From NCBI GenBank assembly GCA_963674825.1, contig OY771587.1:3360001-3424000 (forward strand): 64,000 nt of DNA, written 5' to 3'. Position 1 is the stretch's first letter; every line of letters begins with the position of its first letter. A program made the position numbers and the translations under genes. The DNA is from Candidatus Cloacimonadales bacterium (lineage in GTDB: Bacteria > Cloacimonadota > Cloacimonadia > Cloacimonadales > JAIOQZ01). The notes beneath the pieces are model-generated. The model was not told the DNA's origin, searched no databases, and saw only the letters and a program-made list of their open reading frames with translations. Shown piece by piece: positions 28,578-37,637 of the stretch.

Positions 28578-30011
28578 ATGGCTGACTCGAGCAGGACAGA
28601 CCTGACCCAGGGAAGCTTGCTGAGAAACTTGATCCAGCTGTCGCTGCCGATCATGTTCAGCAATTTCATCCAGGTCTTCTATAATCTTACCGACGCCTTC
28701 TGGCTTGGGAAGCTGGGCGACAAGGCGGTAGATGCGGTTTCCGTAACTTCCATCGCCTTTCCGCTCGTCTTCTTTATCTCGTCGTTCGGCAATGGATTTG
28801 TAGTAGCCGGCACAGCGCTGGTTGCTCGATTCAAAGGGGCTGGAGAGCTGGACAAAGTCAAGCTTGTAACCGGCCAGTTCTGCGTCATCCTTGCTTTGTT
28901 CATCGCAGCCTTCATCGTATTCAGCCAACTTGCCATGCCAATGATTCTCAGGCTTTTACAAACGCCACCTGAGATCATGGACCTCGCCATTGGCTACAAC
29001 CGGACGATATTTATCGGTATGGCGTTCATGTTCATCGTGATATCCTATACGGCGATCGTACAGGGTATGGGCGACGCGATGACGCCAATGAAGATCCAGC
29101 TCGTTTCGGTCAGTCTTAACGTGATTCTCGATCCACTGATGATCTTCGGTATTGGCTTCAATCGTATGGAAACGATGGGAGCTGCGTACGCTACGCTGAT
29201 TGCACGAATCGTTGGCGCGATACTGGCAATCGTATATATTTCTCGGAAAAACACCGATCTGATTCCGAAATGGGACGATCTTAAGCCCAATCTTGCTATG
29301 TTGCGCAATTTGTTCAAGATCGCAATACCTGCCTCGATCTCCAATAGCGTCAACAGCCTGGGATTCGTCGTTCTGCAAGGCTTCGTCAATACCTTCGGAA
29401 CGGTGATTATCTCCGCGAACGCGATCAATAACCGTATGGTCAGCTTCTACATGATGCCGGCAATGGGTATTTCGAGTGCGTTATCGACGATTATCGGGCA
29501 GAATCTGGGCGCGAAAAGACCGGATAGAGCGGTGAAGAGCATCCGAATCTCGATGTATCTGGTGATGATCATCATGACGGTAGGTTCTGCTGCATTGTTC
29601 TTCTTCGGAAAGGATATGACACGTTTCTTCATCAATGATCCAGCCGTTATCGAAATCGGTAAACGGATGTTCCGCATCACTTCGCTCTCGACCATTACCT
29701 TCAGCGCGATGATGATTTTCTTCGGTGTTTTCAATGGCGCAGGCACGACCATGCCTACGATGGTTATCGGCCTTGCGCGTCTCTGGGTGTTCCGTATTCC
29801 GATGACTTATATCATGAGCGGATATCTACTTACGGTTACTTTCTTCAAGGATAGCTTCATGTATGATTTTCTGTTCCGGGTGTCGGAACCATTCGCGAAA
29901 TATCCGTGGGAATCTCTTTGGTGGTCGATGGTAGTCAGCAATATTCTGGCGGGAATTATCGCGCTTGCGATCTACATGAAAGGAAACTGGAAGCGGGTTG
30001 ATTTCTCCTGA
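28578..30011 (+). CDS. MATE family efflux transporter
   Basis: 'DLTQG...LSLP', 'GMGDAMTPM', 'NVILDPLMIFG', 'GAAYAT', 'GQNLGA'. Confidence 0.92.
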   Translation: MADSSRTDLTQGSLLRNLIQLSLPIMFSNFIQVFYNLTDAFWLGKLGDKAVDAVSVTSIAFPLVFFISSFGNGFVVAGTALVARFKGAGELDKVKLVTGQFCVILALFIAAFIVFSQLAMPMILRLLQTPPEIMDLAIGYNRTIFIGMAFMFIVISYTAIVQGMGDAMTPMKIQLVSVSLNVILDPLMIFGIGFNRMETMGAAYATLIARIVGAILAIVYISRKNTDLIPKWDDLKPNLAMLRNLFKIAIPASISNSVNSLGFVVLQGFVNTFGTVIISANAINNRMVSFYMMPAMGISSALSTIIGQNLGAKRPDRAVKSIRISMYLVMIIMTVGSAALFFFGKDMTRFFINDPAVIEIGKRMFRITSLSTITFSAMMIFFGVFNGAGTTMPTMVIGLARLWVFRIPMTYIMSGYLLTVTFFKDSFMYDFLFRVSEPFAKYPWESLWWSMVVSNILAGIIALAIYMKGNWKRVDFS

Positions 30012-30584
30012 TTAGTTCTGAATCACGTTGTTCCAATCGACGGGCCCTTTCTCAAATCGATCGATGAGCATTCGATAAGCCTGTGCGTTACCATCTTTGA
30101 AGAATTCAATCAGATTGTCCCAAATCTTACCAGTTTTGAAGCCGGTTTCATATGCCGTGAGTAGGGTGTGATTCTCGTCGATCTCCTGAAATTCCAGGAT
30201 TGTGTACATGCTGAGGGAACCTTTCTGAATCTCTTCCGGGAATCGCTTACCGAGTGGGGACTGCATGGTTATTATCTTCCAGGGGACGAAATTGACGATG
30301 AAATTGATTACGGTATTCTCGTCACCGATTCGACCTTCCAGCTCATAGCGGCTCTTCAGCATACCACCACTACGGAAGTCGATCTCGCATTGGGGAACTG
30401 CCCAGCTCTCCAAGCCTTCTTTGGTTGTATGCGCATCCCAAACATCTTCGAGTGATGCTGGAACAAGAACCTCGTGAACCAGGACGCGTTCGCCGCTTTC
30501 ATGCTCGATAACGCGAGTTTTAATATCTTGTGCGGACAACAATGTCGCCAGGAAAAGCAGAATAGTGATAAGCAGGTTTTTCAT
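30012..30584 (-). CDS. secreted SRPBCC/AHSA1-like protein
   Basis: Signal peptide; 'ASLEDVWDAHTT.EGLESW', 'IDFRSGG'. Confidence 0.75.
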   Translation of the reverse strand: MKNLLITILLFLATLLSAQDIKTRVIEHESGERVLVHEVLVPASLEDVWDAHTTKEGLESWAVPQCEIDFRSGGMLKSRYELEGRIGDENTVINFIVNFVPWKIITMQSPLGKRFPEEIQKGSLSMYTILEFQEIDENHTLLTAYETGFKTGKIWDNLIEFFKDGNAQAYRMLIDRFEKGPVDWNNVIQN

Positions 30585-30591
30585 AGTTGCT

Positions 30592-32631
30592 CTAATCCTG
30601 AGTTTGGTGGTCGTCGAATTTCACCATGTATTCGTTGTCAGCGTATTCGTCGTATTCCACCGATTCGATTTGCTTGAATTGATCGAGAATCTTCTGAATA
30701 CGCTGGATGGATTTGTGGATATTGCGGAAATATTGGGCTTGCTTCTCATTTAACTGCTCGGTTGGAGTGGTCATTTCCAGCATCTCAACAGATCCGCGAA
30801 GGATCATAAGCGGTTGGTTCAGCTCGTGATTGGCAGTCACCGCCATGGCGAGAGCCGATGATTTACGCTCCAGCTCGATCTGATTCTTCTCGCCCTTCTT
30901 ACGCATCGTTATATCGCGAATACTGGCGATGATCGCTTCTTTTCCCTGGAACTCGATGCGACTGAATACTACTTCGGAATCGAAGGTATAGCTTCCTGTC
31001 GGATCGCATGAATTCCATTCCCGGATGATTGTCTGACCCTCCAGAACCTTGCGCCAAATATCTGGCAACAGGCTGAGTGGGTTACTCTTATGGGAGAAGT
31101 CGAACTGGAAATAGGATGCGAGTGCGCTTTGTTCGGTTGTCTGGAATAGATTGAGCGCTTGCTTGTTGACGCTGAGCACTCTTCCGTTGCGATCGAGGAT
31201 CAAAATGGCGTCGTGGACGCTATTGAAAATGGTTCGCAGGGTATTCTCCGAGTTCCGAAGTGAATTACCGATTCGTTCCACCATCTTGATTTCTTCGCGT
31301 AATTCCTGAGTACGTTCATCAACCGCTTGTTGTAGTTCATTGGATTTGAGGAGCTTCTCGCGGTAACGTTGGAAGATATAAAAAGAGATAATCAAGACAA
31401 GCAGCAGCACTACTCCAACCAGAATGAGAGCAAGGTTTCGCCGCTTCAATGTCAGATTGCTGATTTCGGCATTCTTCTGCAGCAGTTCCGTCTCACGGGA
31501 GGTTTTCTCGATCTCGTACGCTGCATTGAGTTTGGCAATTCGTTCGTTAGCGTTTCTGGTTGCGAGGCTATCGGAGAGTTCGCTGTATTTGACGTAATAT
31601 TCTAACGCTTTCTGGTAATTCTTCTCTTTCAAGAAGATGTTGTGGTAGTTCAGAAAGCAGTCGCGCACATATTGGCGAGCCCTGATGGCTTTCGACTTCC
31701 GAAGAACCTCAAATGCCTGACCAAGATATTCCTTTGCCTGATCGAGTTTTCCCCAATTGTAATAAAGGAAGGCGATGTTCCGTAAGGCACTGCCATAATT
31801 TATCTGGTTCCCAGCTTTACGCCTGTTCATGGCCTTGAGATTATTTGCCAGACTTTTCTCGAAATCGCCGATTTTATAATATGCCCAACCGATATTGGTA
31901 TATGAGTCGGTTATAAGAAACTCGAATCCCGGAATATCGAAATCCTTGATCAGCTTGGTATAAAACTCAATTGCCAGGTCATATTGCTCCATATCGAGAT
32001 AGGCCATACCGACATGCTTGCGCGTCATGTAAATACCCATCTGGTCACCTATTGCCTCGTAGAGCTGCTCCGCGATTCCGAAATAGGCGATCGCATGATT
32101 GATCTCCTTCCGGGCGAGGTAGGTTTCGGCGATATCGCTGAAGAGATCTGCTCGCAACTGAGTTTCATCCTCTTCAAGATAACTGAGAGCACGACGGTAG
32201 AAAGAAAGAGCCATGTCGTAGTTCTCGATGTAAAAATAGACCTTTCCGATATATTTGATTGTGCTGGCGAGGCCCTGGTCGTTGCGAATCTCTTCATTAA
32301 GGTGGTACGATTCCATGAAATATGACATCGCCTTATCGAAATCGCCAAGGAAACGATAGCATTCACCAATCATGATCAGCGACTTGATTTCCCGATCAAC
32401 ATCGCCTACTCGCTTGGATAGGTTCAAGGCTCGCTGACTGTAGCCAAGGGATCTGACCACATCGAAGTCAACTTCCGAATCGATCAGTTCTTCGGCGGAG
32501 CTGTTCAGGAGGTCGATCTTTCCCACTTGAGGAAGAGTCTGTAAATGCATTTCGAGGCTATCGGGCGACATAACGCCGGATAGCGCAAGAGGCAGGAGCA
32601 TGATAATAAACAGAACCTTATGCATCGACAT
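30592..32631 (-). CDS. TPR-TM-PAS-HisKA sensor protein lacking HATPase domain
   Basis: Signal peptide, TPR repeats, TM helix, PAS ('DAILILD..G...VN...RDIT'), H-box 'ANHELNQPL', ends about 75 aa later. Confidence 0.8.
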   Translation of the reverse strand: MSMHKVLFIIMLLPLALSGVMSPDSLEMHLQTLPQVGKIDLLNSSAEELIDSEVDFDVVRSLGYSQRALNLSKRVGDVDREIKSLIMIGECYRFLGDFDKAMSYFMESYHLNEEIRNDQGLASTIKYIGKVYFYIENYDMALSFYRRALSYLEEDETQLRADLFSDIAETYLARKEINHAIAYFGIAEQLYEAIGDQMGIYMTRKHVGMAYLDMEQYDLAIEFYTKLIKDFDIPGFEFLITDSYTNIGWAYYKIGDFEKSLANNLKAMNRRKAGNQINYGSALRNIAFLYYNWGKLDQAKEYLGQAFEVLRKSKAIRARQYVRDCFLNYHNIFLKEKNYQKALEYYVKYSELSDSLATRNANERIAKLNAAYEIEKTSRETELLQKNAEISNLTLKRRNLALILVGVVLLLVLIISFYIFQRYREKLLKSNELQQAVDERTQELREEIKMVERIGNSLRNSENTLRTIFNSVHDAILILDRNGRVLSVNKQALNLFQTTEQSALASYFQFDFSHKSNPLSLLPDIWRKVLEGQTIIREWNSCDPTGSYTFDSEVVFSRIEFQGKEAIIASIRDITMRKKGEKNQIELERKSSALAMAVTANHELNQPLMILRGSVEMLEMTTPTEQLNEKQAQYFRNIHKSIQRIQKILDQFKQIESVEYDEYADNEYMVKFDDHQTQD

Positions 32632-32785
32632 CTCTTATCCAGTCCAAAGTACGTTGTGAATGAATCTAAATCGTGAATTTCCTGTATAATATGGGAGATA
32701 AATTAATACGTCCCTTATCTTGTCAAATGAAACGTTTCCTGACGCTTCGATGATATATCGCACAAGCGCTGTATCTCGATGATTT

Positions 32786-33547
32786 CTATTCAATTACTTT
32801 CTTTTTACCTACAGGGGCGATATAAACTGTAAATTCCTCTTTCCCGTCCACGCGAAGCAGCTTGTCCATCTTCTCCTGATGATATGCTCCGATCGCACAG
32901 GTTCCCGCGTCAATCGCTTCGCAGCCCAGGTACAGATTTTGACAGAGGTGTCCCGCATCAACCGCGATAACTTTATGCGAAACATCCAAATAACGCCACT
33001 CCATGCGGTAGGGGATTGCTGTCCAAATGAACGTCACAGCCGCTGCAGCGGAGAATGCCTGTCCAAGGACCGCTTCTTTGACTTTCTCGGCGAGATTGTC
33101 TTCACTGAAAAGGAAAAGAAGAGCATGTTCTACAGGTAGGTAACGATAAAATCCTGTATCAAGTCCTTTCACATCCCGCACAGCGAGATAGGTCTCGCAG
33201 GCATGGCGGTTTCCTGCCGAAGGGACGGTTCGGAAGATGCGTCTGGGATTATCGAAATCGCGTATTCCTTGCGTGATCCAAAGTAGGAAAGATAGTTCTT
33301 CCATTGTCAGTGCTTCATCACGAAACTGACGATGGCTTTTTCTGTGGGCGATTGCCTCCAGGAGCGGGATCTCGGGGATGGTTGTCCACTTATCCGGTCC
33401 AGGCAATTCGATCAAGGTCGCATCGGCAGGATATGGTTTCTGGATTGGGGGCATCGGGACGCCATTATATTGGTCGGACTGGCTGAAATCAGTGCGTAAC
33501 CTAATGGCGTCTTTCAAAAATTCGCGGTAATCATCAAATTGGCTCAT
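32786..33547 (-). CDS. SagB/ThcOx-family nitroreductase-fold protein
   Basis: 'RKSHRQF', 'RTVPSAGNRH', 'DAGHLCQNLYL', 'GTCAIGAY'. Confidence 0.9.
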   Translation of the reverse strand: MSQFDDYREFLKDAIRLRTDFSQSDQYNGVPMPPIQKPYPADATLIELPGPDKWTTIPEIPLLEAIAHRKSHRQFRDEALTMEELSFLLWITQGIRDFDNPRRIFRTVPSAGNRHACETYLAVRDVKGLDTGFYRYLPVEHALLFLFSEDNLAEKVKEAVLGQAFSAAAAVTFIWTAIPYRMEWRYLDVSHKVIAVDAGHLCQNLYLGCEAIDAGTCAIGAYHQEKMDKLLRVDGKEEFTVYIAPVGKKKVIE

Positions 33548-33556
33548 TATCTCTCC

Positions 33557-34255
33557 TTACTTCAGTATTTTACGTTTGGTGAAGGACAAATATTCGTTTT
33601 GGCCCACGACGATATGATCCAGTAATTGGATCTCAACCAGCGCTAGGGCTTCTCGGATTTTCAATGTGATAAAGATGTCTTCGTTGGAGGGCTCGATATT
33701 GCCGCCGGGGTGGTTATGTGCCAATATTACGGCGTGTGCATGGTACATCAAAGCGTGCTCCACGATCTTCCGGACGTAGATCGTCGATATGTTGAGCGTG
33801 CCGTGAAAAAGTGTTTCTTCGGTGATGATCATGTTCTGGGTGTTAAGGTAAACGATCTTGAACTGCTCGGTTTTAACGCCTTTATAGCAGGTCTTGAGGT
33901 ACCGAAAAACATCGTCCGCACAGGTGATGTAGTCACGATGCAGAATCTTCTCGCGGAGATGATAGACATTTGCGTCACGCATGAGTTTCAAGAGGACTGC
34001 CGAACGTTCACCGAGCCCATCGATTTCGGTGAGTTGGCTCACAGGAGCATTAAGGACATCGCTAAGGCTTCCAAATCTGCGGATGAGGCTCTTTGCCAAG
34101 CTGCGTGTATCCTTGCGGACGATCGAATAGGAGAGGATCAACTCCAACACTTCGTAATCGTGGAAGCCATCCAGGCCATCGCGAACGAATCGCTCGCGCA
34201 TGCGCTGTTTATGGAGCTGTTGGTCGTCTGCAGGAAGCTTTGCTTTTTTATCCAT
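33557..34255 (-). CDS. radC: RadC family (JAB domain) protein
   Basis: 'DYEVLELIL', HhH 'IDGLGE', 'AHNHPGG..EPS.ED', 'LLDHIVVG'. Confidence 0.92.
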   Translation of the reverse strand: MDKKAKLPADDQQLHKQRMRERFVRDGLDGFHDYEVLELILSYSIVRKDTRSLAKSLIRRFGSLSDVLNAPVSQLTEIDGLGERSAVLLKLMRDANVYHLREKILHRDYITCADDVFRYLKTCYKGVKTEQFKIVYLNTQNMIITEETLFHGTLNISTIYVRKIVEHALMYHAHAVILAHNHPGGNIEPSNEDIFITLKIREALALVEIQLLDHIVVGQNEYLSFTKRKILK

Positions 34256-34261
34256 TCGATG

Positions 34262-34699
34262 TCATTTTGCCTGTTCCAACCAGGGTTTGACGCGGTCTTT
34301 ATGTTTTTCTGAGAAGTAGGTGTATTTCTGACGACTGACCTTGTTCTCATCGAATAGTCTGTCGAACAGAGAAATAATGCGCCGATGGAGGATGAAGCTT
34401 TTCACAACGATCGCGAACCGAAGCAGCTTATTACTGAAGAGAAGCTCTTTGTAATCGTCCAGCACTTTCGCGATCTTGAAGAGATTAGTCTGGCGTGAAT
34501 TGACATGCTTGGCGTTGAACACCATCAGGATTTGCCTGAATTGAGCAGAATCCTGCAGGATGAAATCCAGACATTGCTTCAGAACAGGTTCTGCATTGCT
34601 CAACTTGAGCTCGTAAACGTATACGGTTCGATTGTTGATTTCGACGGGGTAACGAACGACTGATTCTTCCGCTTTCTCAAATATATCCTGTAAAGGCAT
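34262..34699 (-). CDS. hypothetical protein
   Basis: 145-aa ORF co-oriented and closely spaced between asd and radC; AGGAG RBS. Confidence 0.6.
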   Translation of the reverse strand: MPLQDIFEKAEESVVRYPVEINNRTVYVYELKLSNAEPVLKQCLDFILQDSAQFRQILMVFNAKHVNSRQTNLFKIAKVLDDYKELLFSNKLLRFAIVVKSFILHRRIISLFDRLFDENKVSRQKYTYFSEKHKDRVKPWLEQAK

Positions 34700-34742
34700 C
34701 GGAGCTCCTCTAATTTCATTCTATTATCATGATAGCGCCGTA

Positions 34743-35732
34743 TCATTTATTGGCAAGTGAAATCATCGTTTTTATAATGCGAATGGCATTGGTTGCAGCG
34801 CCAAGACGGACATTGTGGGCGACATTCCAGAAACGCAATTCGTTTTCCCGGCATCCCTGACGAATTCTGCAAACGTGGCTGTCATCCGAATCACCGATCT
34901 CGTGTGGTGTGATGTAATCGTCCAAATGGAGCGTGATGCCTGGGTTGCTCTGGAGAACTTGCGCTGCCTCTGTGGGTGAAACAGGCACCTTCAGTTCCAC
35001 GTATACGCTTTCGCTGTGGCCGTATAGGACAGGAACCCGCACCGTCTCCGCTGAAACCTCGATCGTATCATCTCTGAGGATCTTGCGGATCTCGTGATGC
35101 ATCTTGAGCTCTTCCTCGCAGTAGCCACTCTTGTCGAATGCGCCTATCTGCGGAATCACATTTAGGTCGATCTGGCGTGGAAAGTGGTGGGTATAGCTTG
35201 ATCCGTTACGCTGATTTTCCAGTTCCCTAATACCCTTGTTTCCGGCACCGGATACAGATTGGAAGGTCGTTACCAAAACCCGTTTCAGGCCGTATTTCAG
35301 TGCAAGCGGATGTAGCGCCATGACAAGCTGGATGGTCGAGCAATTGGGGTTAGCGACGATTCCGTTGTAATCTCTCAGCAAATCACCGTTTATTTCGGGA
35401 ACGATAAGCGGGATAGTATCGTCTCGACGGAATGCGGAGGAATTGTCGATTACTGTATTTCCCGCTTCAGCCGCTATGGGAGCAAATCGGAGCGAGGTTC
35501 CCGATCCGGCAGAAAACAGCAGGTAATCGTATTTCCTGCGCATCGCCTCTTCGGTTAGTTCCTGGACTGCAACAGGCTTGTTGCGAAACATGAGCTGTTG
35601 ACCGGCTGACCTTTTGGATGCGAATAGTTCAAGGTTATGAACGGGTAGATCCATCTCATGCAGAACGCTCATCATCATTCTGCCGACGGCCCCTGTTGCT
35701 CCAGCGATTCCAATATGCATTGATTGCCTCAT
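34743..35732 (-). CDS. asd: aspartate-semialdehyde dehydrogenase
   Basis: 'GATGAVG', 'IDNSSAFR', 'ANPNCSTIQ', 'QSVSGAG', 'RVPVLYGHSE', 'NVRLGAATNA'. Confidence 0.95.
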   Translation of the reverse strand: MRQSMHIGIAGATGAVGRMMMSVLHEMDLPVHNLELFASKRSAGQQLMFRNKPVAVQELTEEAMRRKYDYLLFSAGSGTSLRFAPIAAEAGNTVIDNSSAFRRDDTIPLIVPEINGDLLRDYNGIVANPNCSTIQLVMALHPLALKYGLKRVLVTTFQSVSGAGNKGIRELENQRNGSSYTHHFPRQIDLNVIPQIGAFDKSGYCEEELKMHHEIRKILRDDTIEVSAETVRVPVLYGHSESVYVELKVPVSPTEAAQVLQSNPGITLHLDDYITPHEIGDSDDSHVCRIRQGCRENELRFWNVAHNVRLGAATNAIRIIKTMISLANK

Positions 35733-35820
35733 TGATGATTATTTCAATCCATTGTGAATGAGGCAACCGTGGAGTTCAAGGAAAATATTTGAAAAACTTC
35801 ACATAGTGTCTCAAAAGCAC

Positions 35821-35854
35821 AAAAAAACCGCTGCAAGTTACTTGCTTGCAGCGG
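35821..35854 (-). terminator. rho-independent terminator
   Basis: CCGCTGCAAG/CTTGCAGCGG stem with A-run on + strand (U-tract on -). Confidence 0.8.
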
Positions 35855-35870
35855 ATAAAAGATTCAGCCG

Positions 35871-36419
35871 TTATTCTATCTCGTCAACAACAATTCCGAC
35901 TGTGATTGCTCCAATTACCTTTTCTCCATCCTTCACCGGGACGGATACTTGAACCAACGTTTTCTTTGAGCTTTCATCATATTTCGCATTGTCGATGAAG
36001 GTTTTGCCCTCTCCATTTGCATAGGATTTCGTGAATTTATCCTCATCGCCTTGCCAGTAGTCCGATGTTAGATCAGATAGTGCCACAAGGGCTCCATTTT
36101 TATCCATTACGAAAATTTCAGCGTAATACGCCTTTGCTGTTGATAGTTTGCGAAGATATTCGCTTACATCGTTTTCGAGTAAAGAATTCATGAAAGGTGT
36201 AGGGGATTTTGCGGCCATCCATTCCTGATCATGTTTCTGAATTTCCTCCGATGATTCATTTTGCTCGTTCTTTGCTCGAACGGCAGAAACGATGATCGGG
36301 TCGGTCTCAAGTTTTACAACGACGTTACTTATCAATTTTAACAGTCCGGGGTGTGATTCCTGTGCTACCAGGCTTATCGATACGAGCAATAGGAGTGAGA
36401 TGATAGTTAGCTTTCCCAT
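35871..36419 (-). CDS. secreted PDC/Cache-like sensor-domain protein
   Basis: Signal peptide from MGKLTII (GGAGG RBS); 'EIFVMDKNGALVA...SDYWQGDEDKF', 'QVSVPV.DG..VIGAI'. Confidence 0.8.
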   Translation of the reverse strand: MGKLTIISLLLLVSISLVAQESHPGLLKLISNVVVKLETDPIIVSAVRAKNEQNESSEEIQKHDQEWMAAKSPTPFMNSLLENDVSEYLRKLSTAKAYYAEIFVMDKNGALVALSDLTSDYWQGDEDKFTKSYANGEGKTFIDNAKYDESSKKTLVQVSVPVKDGEKVIGAITVGIVVDEIE

Positions 36420-36579
36420 TGGAAACCTCCAAATACACTTGACGTGGTGAAATATTGATGACATCAAGATAATATGAAAATACGACAATGACAAGAAAAA
36501 TGTATGGGGATCATTTTTTTTATTTTGTTCGACACTATGACATCGCTGCAAATGATGAACTTGGAGCAAAAAAAAATTG

Positions 36580-36684
36580 TTATTCAATATCTTCTACAAC
36601 GATACCGACGGTGGTTGCTCCGATTACGTTCTTTCCATCCTTCACCGGGACTGATACCTGAACGAGCGTATTCTTTGTGCTTTC
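36580..36684 (-). pseudogene. 3' remnant of a paralogue of the adjacent Cache-like gene
   Basis: Reads ESTKNTLVQVSVPVKDGKNVIGATTVGIVVEDIE* versus ESSKKTLVQVSVPVKDGEKVIGAITVGIVVDEIE*; in-frame stop a few codons upstream, no ATG. Confidence 0.8.
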
Positions 36685-36771
36685 TCCATGAAATCCAGCA
36701 ATTTAGGCACATTGATTTTATAAGTTACTATGAGGAAAAAGCCGGTCAACAAGTAGTTTATCGCAACGAAA

Positions 36772-37545
36772 CTACATCTGATAGAGGTTTGCTTTGATCA
36801 TCTCAAACGAGCTTTCGAGAACCTCCCGAAGTCGCTCCTGAACTTTTAGATGACGCTCACCGGTCCACTCGTCCATAAATATTTTCTTGAATTCGAGCGC
36901 GACACAGCACACCGAATCCGGGTAGGTGTTATGAATCCAGCGGGAGAAGTGCCCCCCGGGGAATTTCACGTTAATACGGACATCGAGTTTGCGGCCAAAG
37001 AAATCGGCTTCTGAAAGGTGATCGCGAAGTTTCTCGACCAGAGGGAACCACGCCGGACTCATGTTGTTTGTTCCAAGGATGATGTCCGGGTTCAGAGCGG
37101 GATCGTCTGGCGGAGCGAGGGGTCCGTTGCGGCGGTGGTTATAGGAGTGGATATCGAACACGAAGAATTTACCGAACGTGTCCTTCATCTCCTGGAAAAA
37201 GAGATTTGTGCGTGTATAGAAGAGCGCGTATTTCTGCCTGGCGCCCTGTACAACTTCTTCCGGTAATGGTCTTTTACGAACCGGCAGTCCCCAGGCGTCT
37301 TCGGGCTCGAGATAAATAGCTTTTTCGGGAGAACGATTCAGATCAACCTCAAATCGACTGAAACGGCCAATGATGCGATTATTCGATATTAGCGTGAAAT
37401 AGCCAGTAAAGGGGTCCTCTTCACGCAATTGATCATCCTCGGTAATCCCCAGATTTTCTTTGAAAGGGACGCTCATCAAATGACCGTTGTGAATGGCTGT
37501 GCAGACAATTGGCTCATCGAACCGAAACGAAAATTCGGCTATCAT
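36772..37545 (-). CDS. N-formylglutamate amidohydrolase family protein
   Basis: 'AIHNGH', 'REEDPFT', 'SRFEVDLNR', 'DIHSYNHRR', 'NVKFPGG', 'LEFKKIFMDEW'. Confidence 0.88.
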   Translation of the reverse strand: MIAEFSFRFDEPIVCTAIHNGHLMSVPFKENLGITEDDQLREEDPFTGYFTLISNNRIIGRFSRFEVDLNRSPEKAIYLEPEDAWGLPVRKRPLPEEVVQGARQKYALFYTRTNLFFQEMKDTFGKFFVFDIHSYNHRRNGPLAPPDDPALNPDIILGTNNMSPAWFPLVEKLRDHLSEADFFGRKLDVRINVKFPGGHFSRWIHNTYPDSVCCVALEFKKIFMDEWTGERHLKVQERLREVLESSFEMIKANLYQM

Positions 37546-37637
37546 AGTATCTCCTCACATTAACCTCATTTTACACATATACAAGAAGAACGAGAAACTG
37601 TCAATCAAAACAAGTTTGTGTCAGGCTTGCAAGGCTC

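Noticed and set aside
32786..33547. SagB-like gene as part of a RiPP cluster
   Set aside because: No YcaO, precursor peptide or dedicated transporter; stand-alone copies are common in anaerobes.
33557..34255. radC as marker of a mobile element
   Set aside because: Full-length chromosomal type in an asd-linked gene run; no integrase or other mobile genes nearby.
35871..36684. Possible diversity-generating retroelement TR/VR pair
   Set aside because: Mismatches are mostly at third codon positions and not adenine-specific; no reverse transcriptase in the window.
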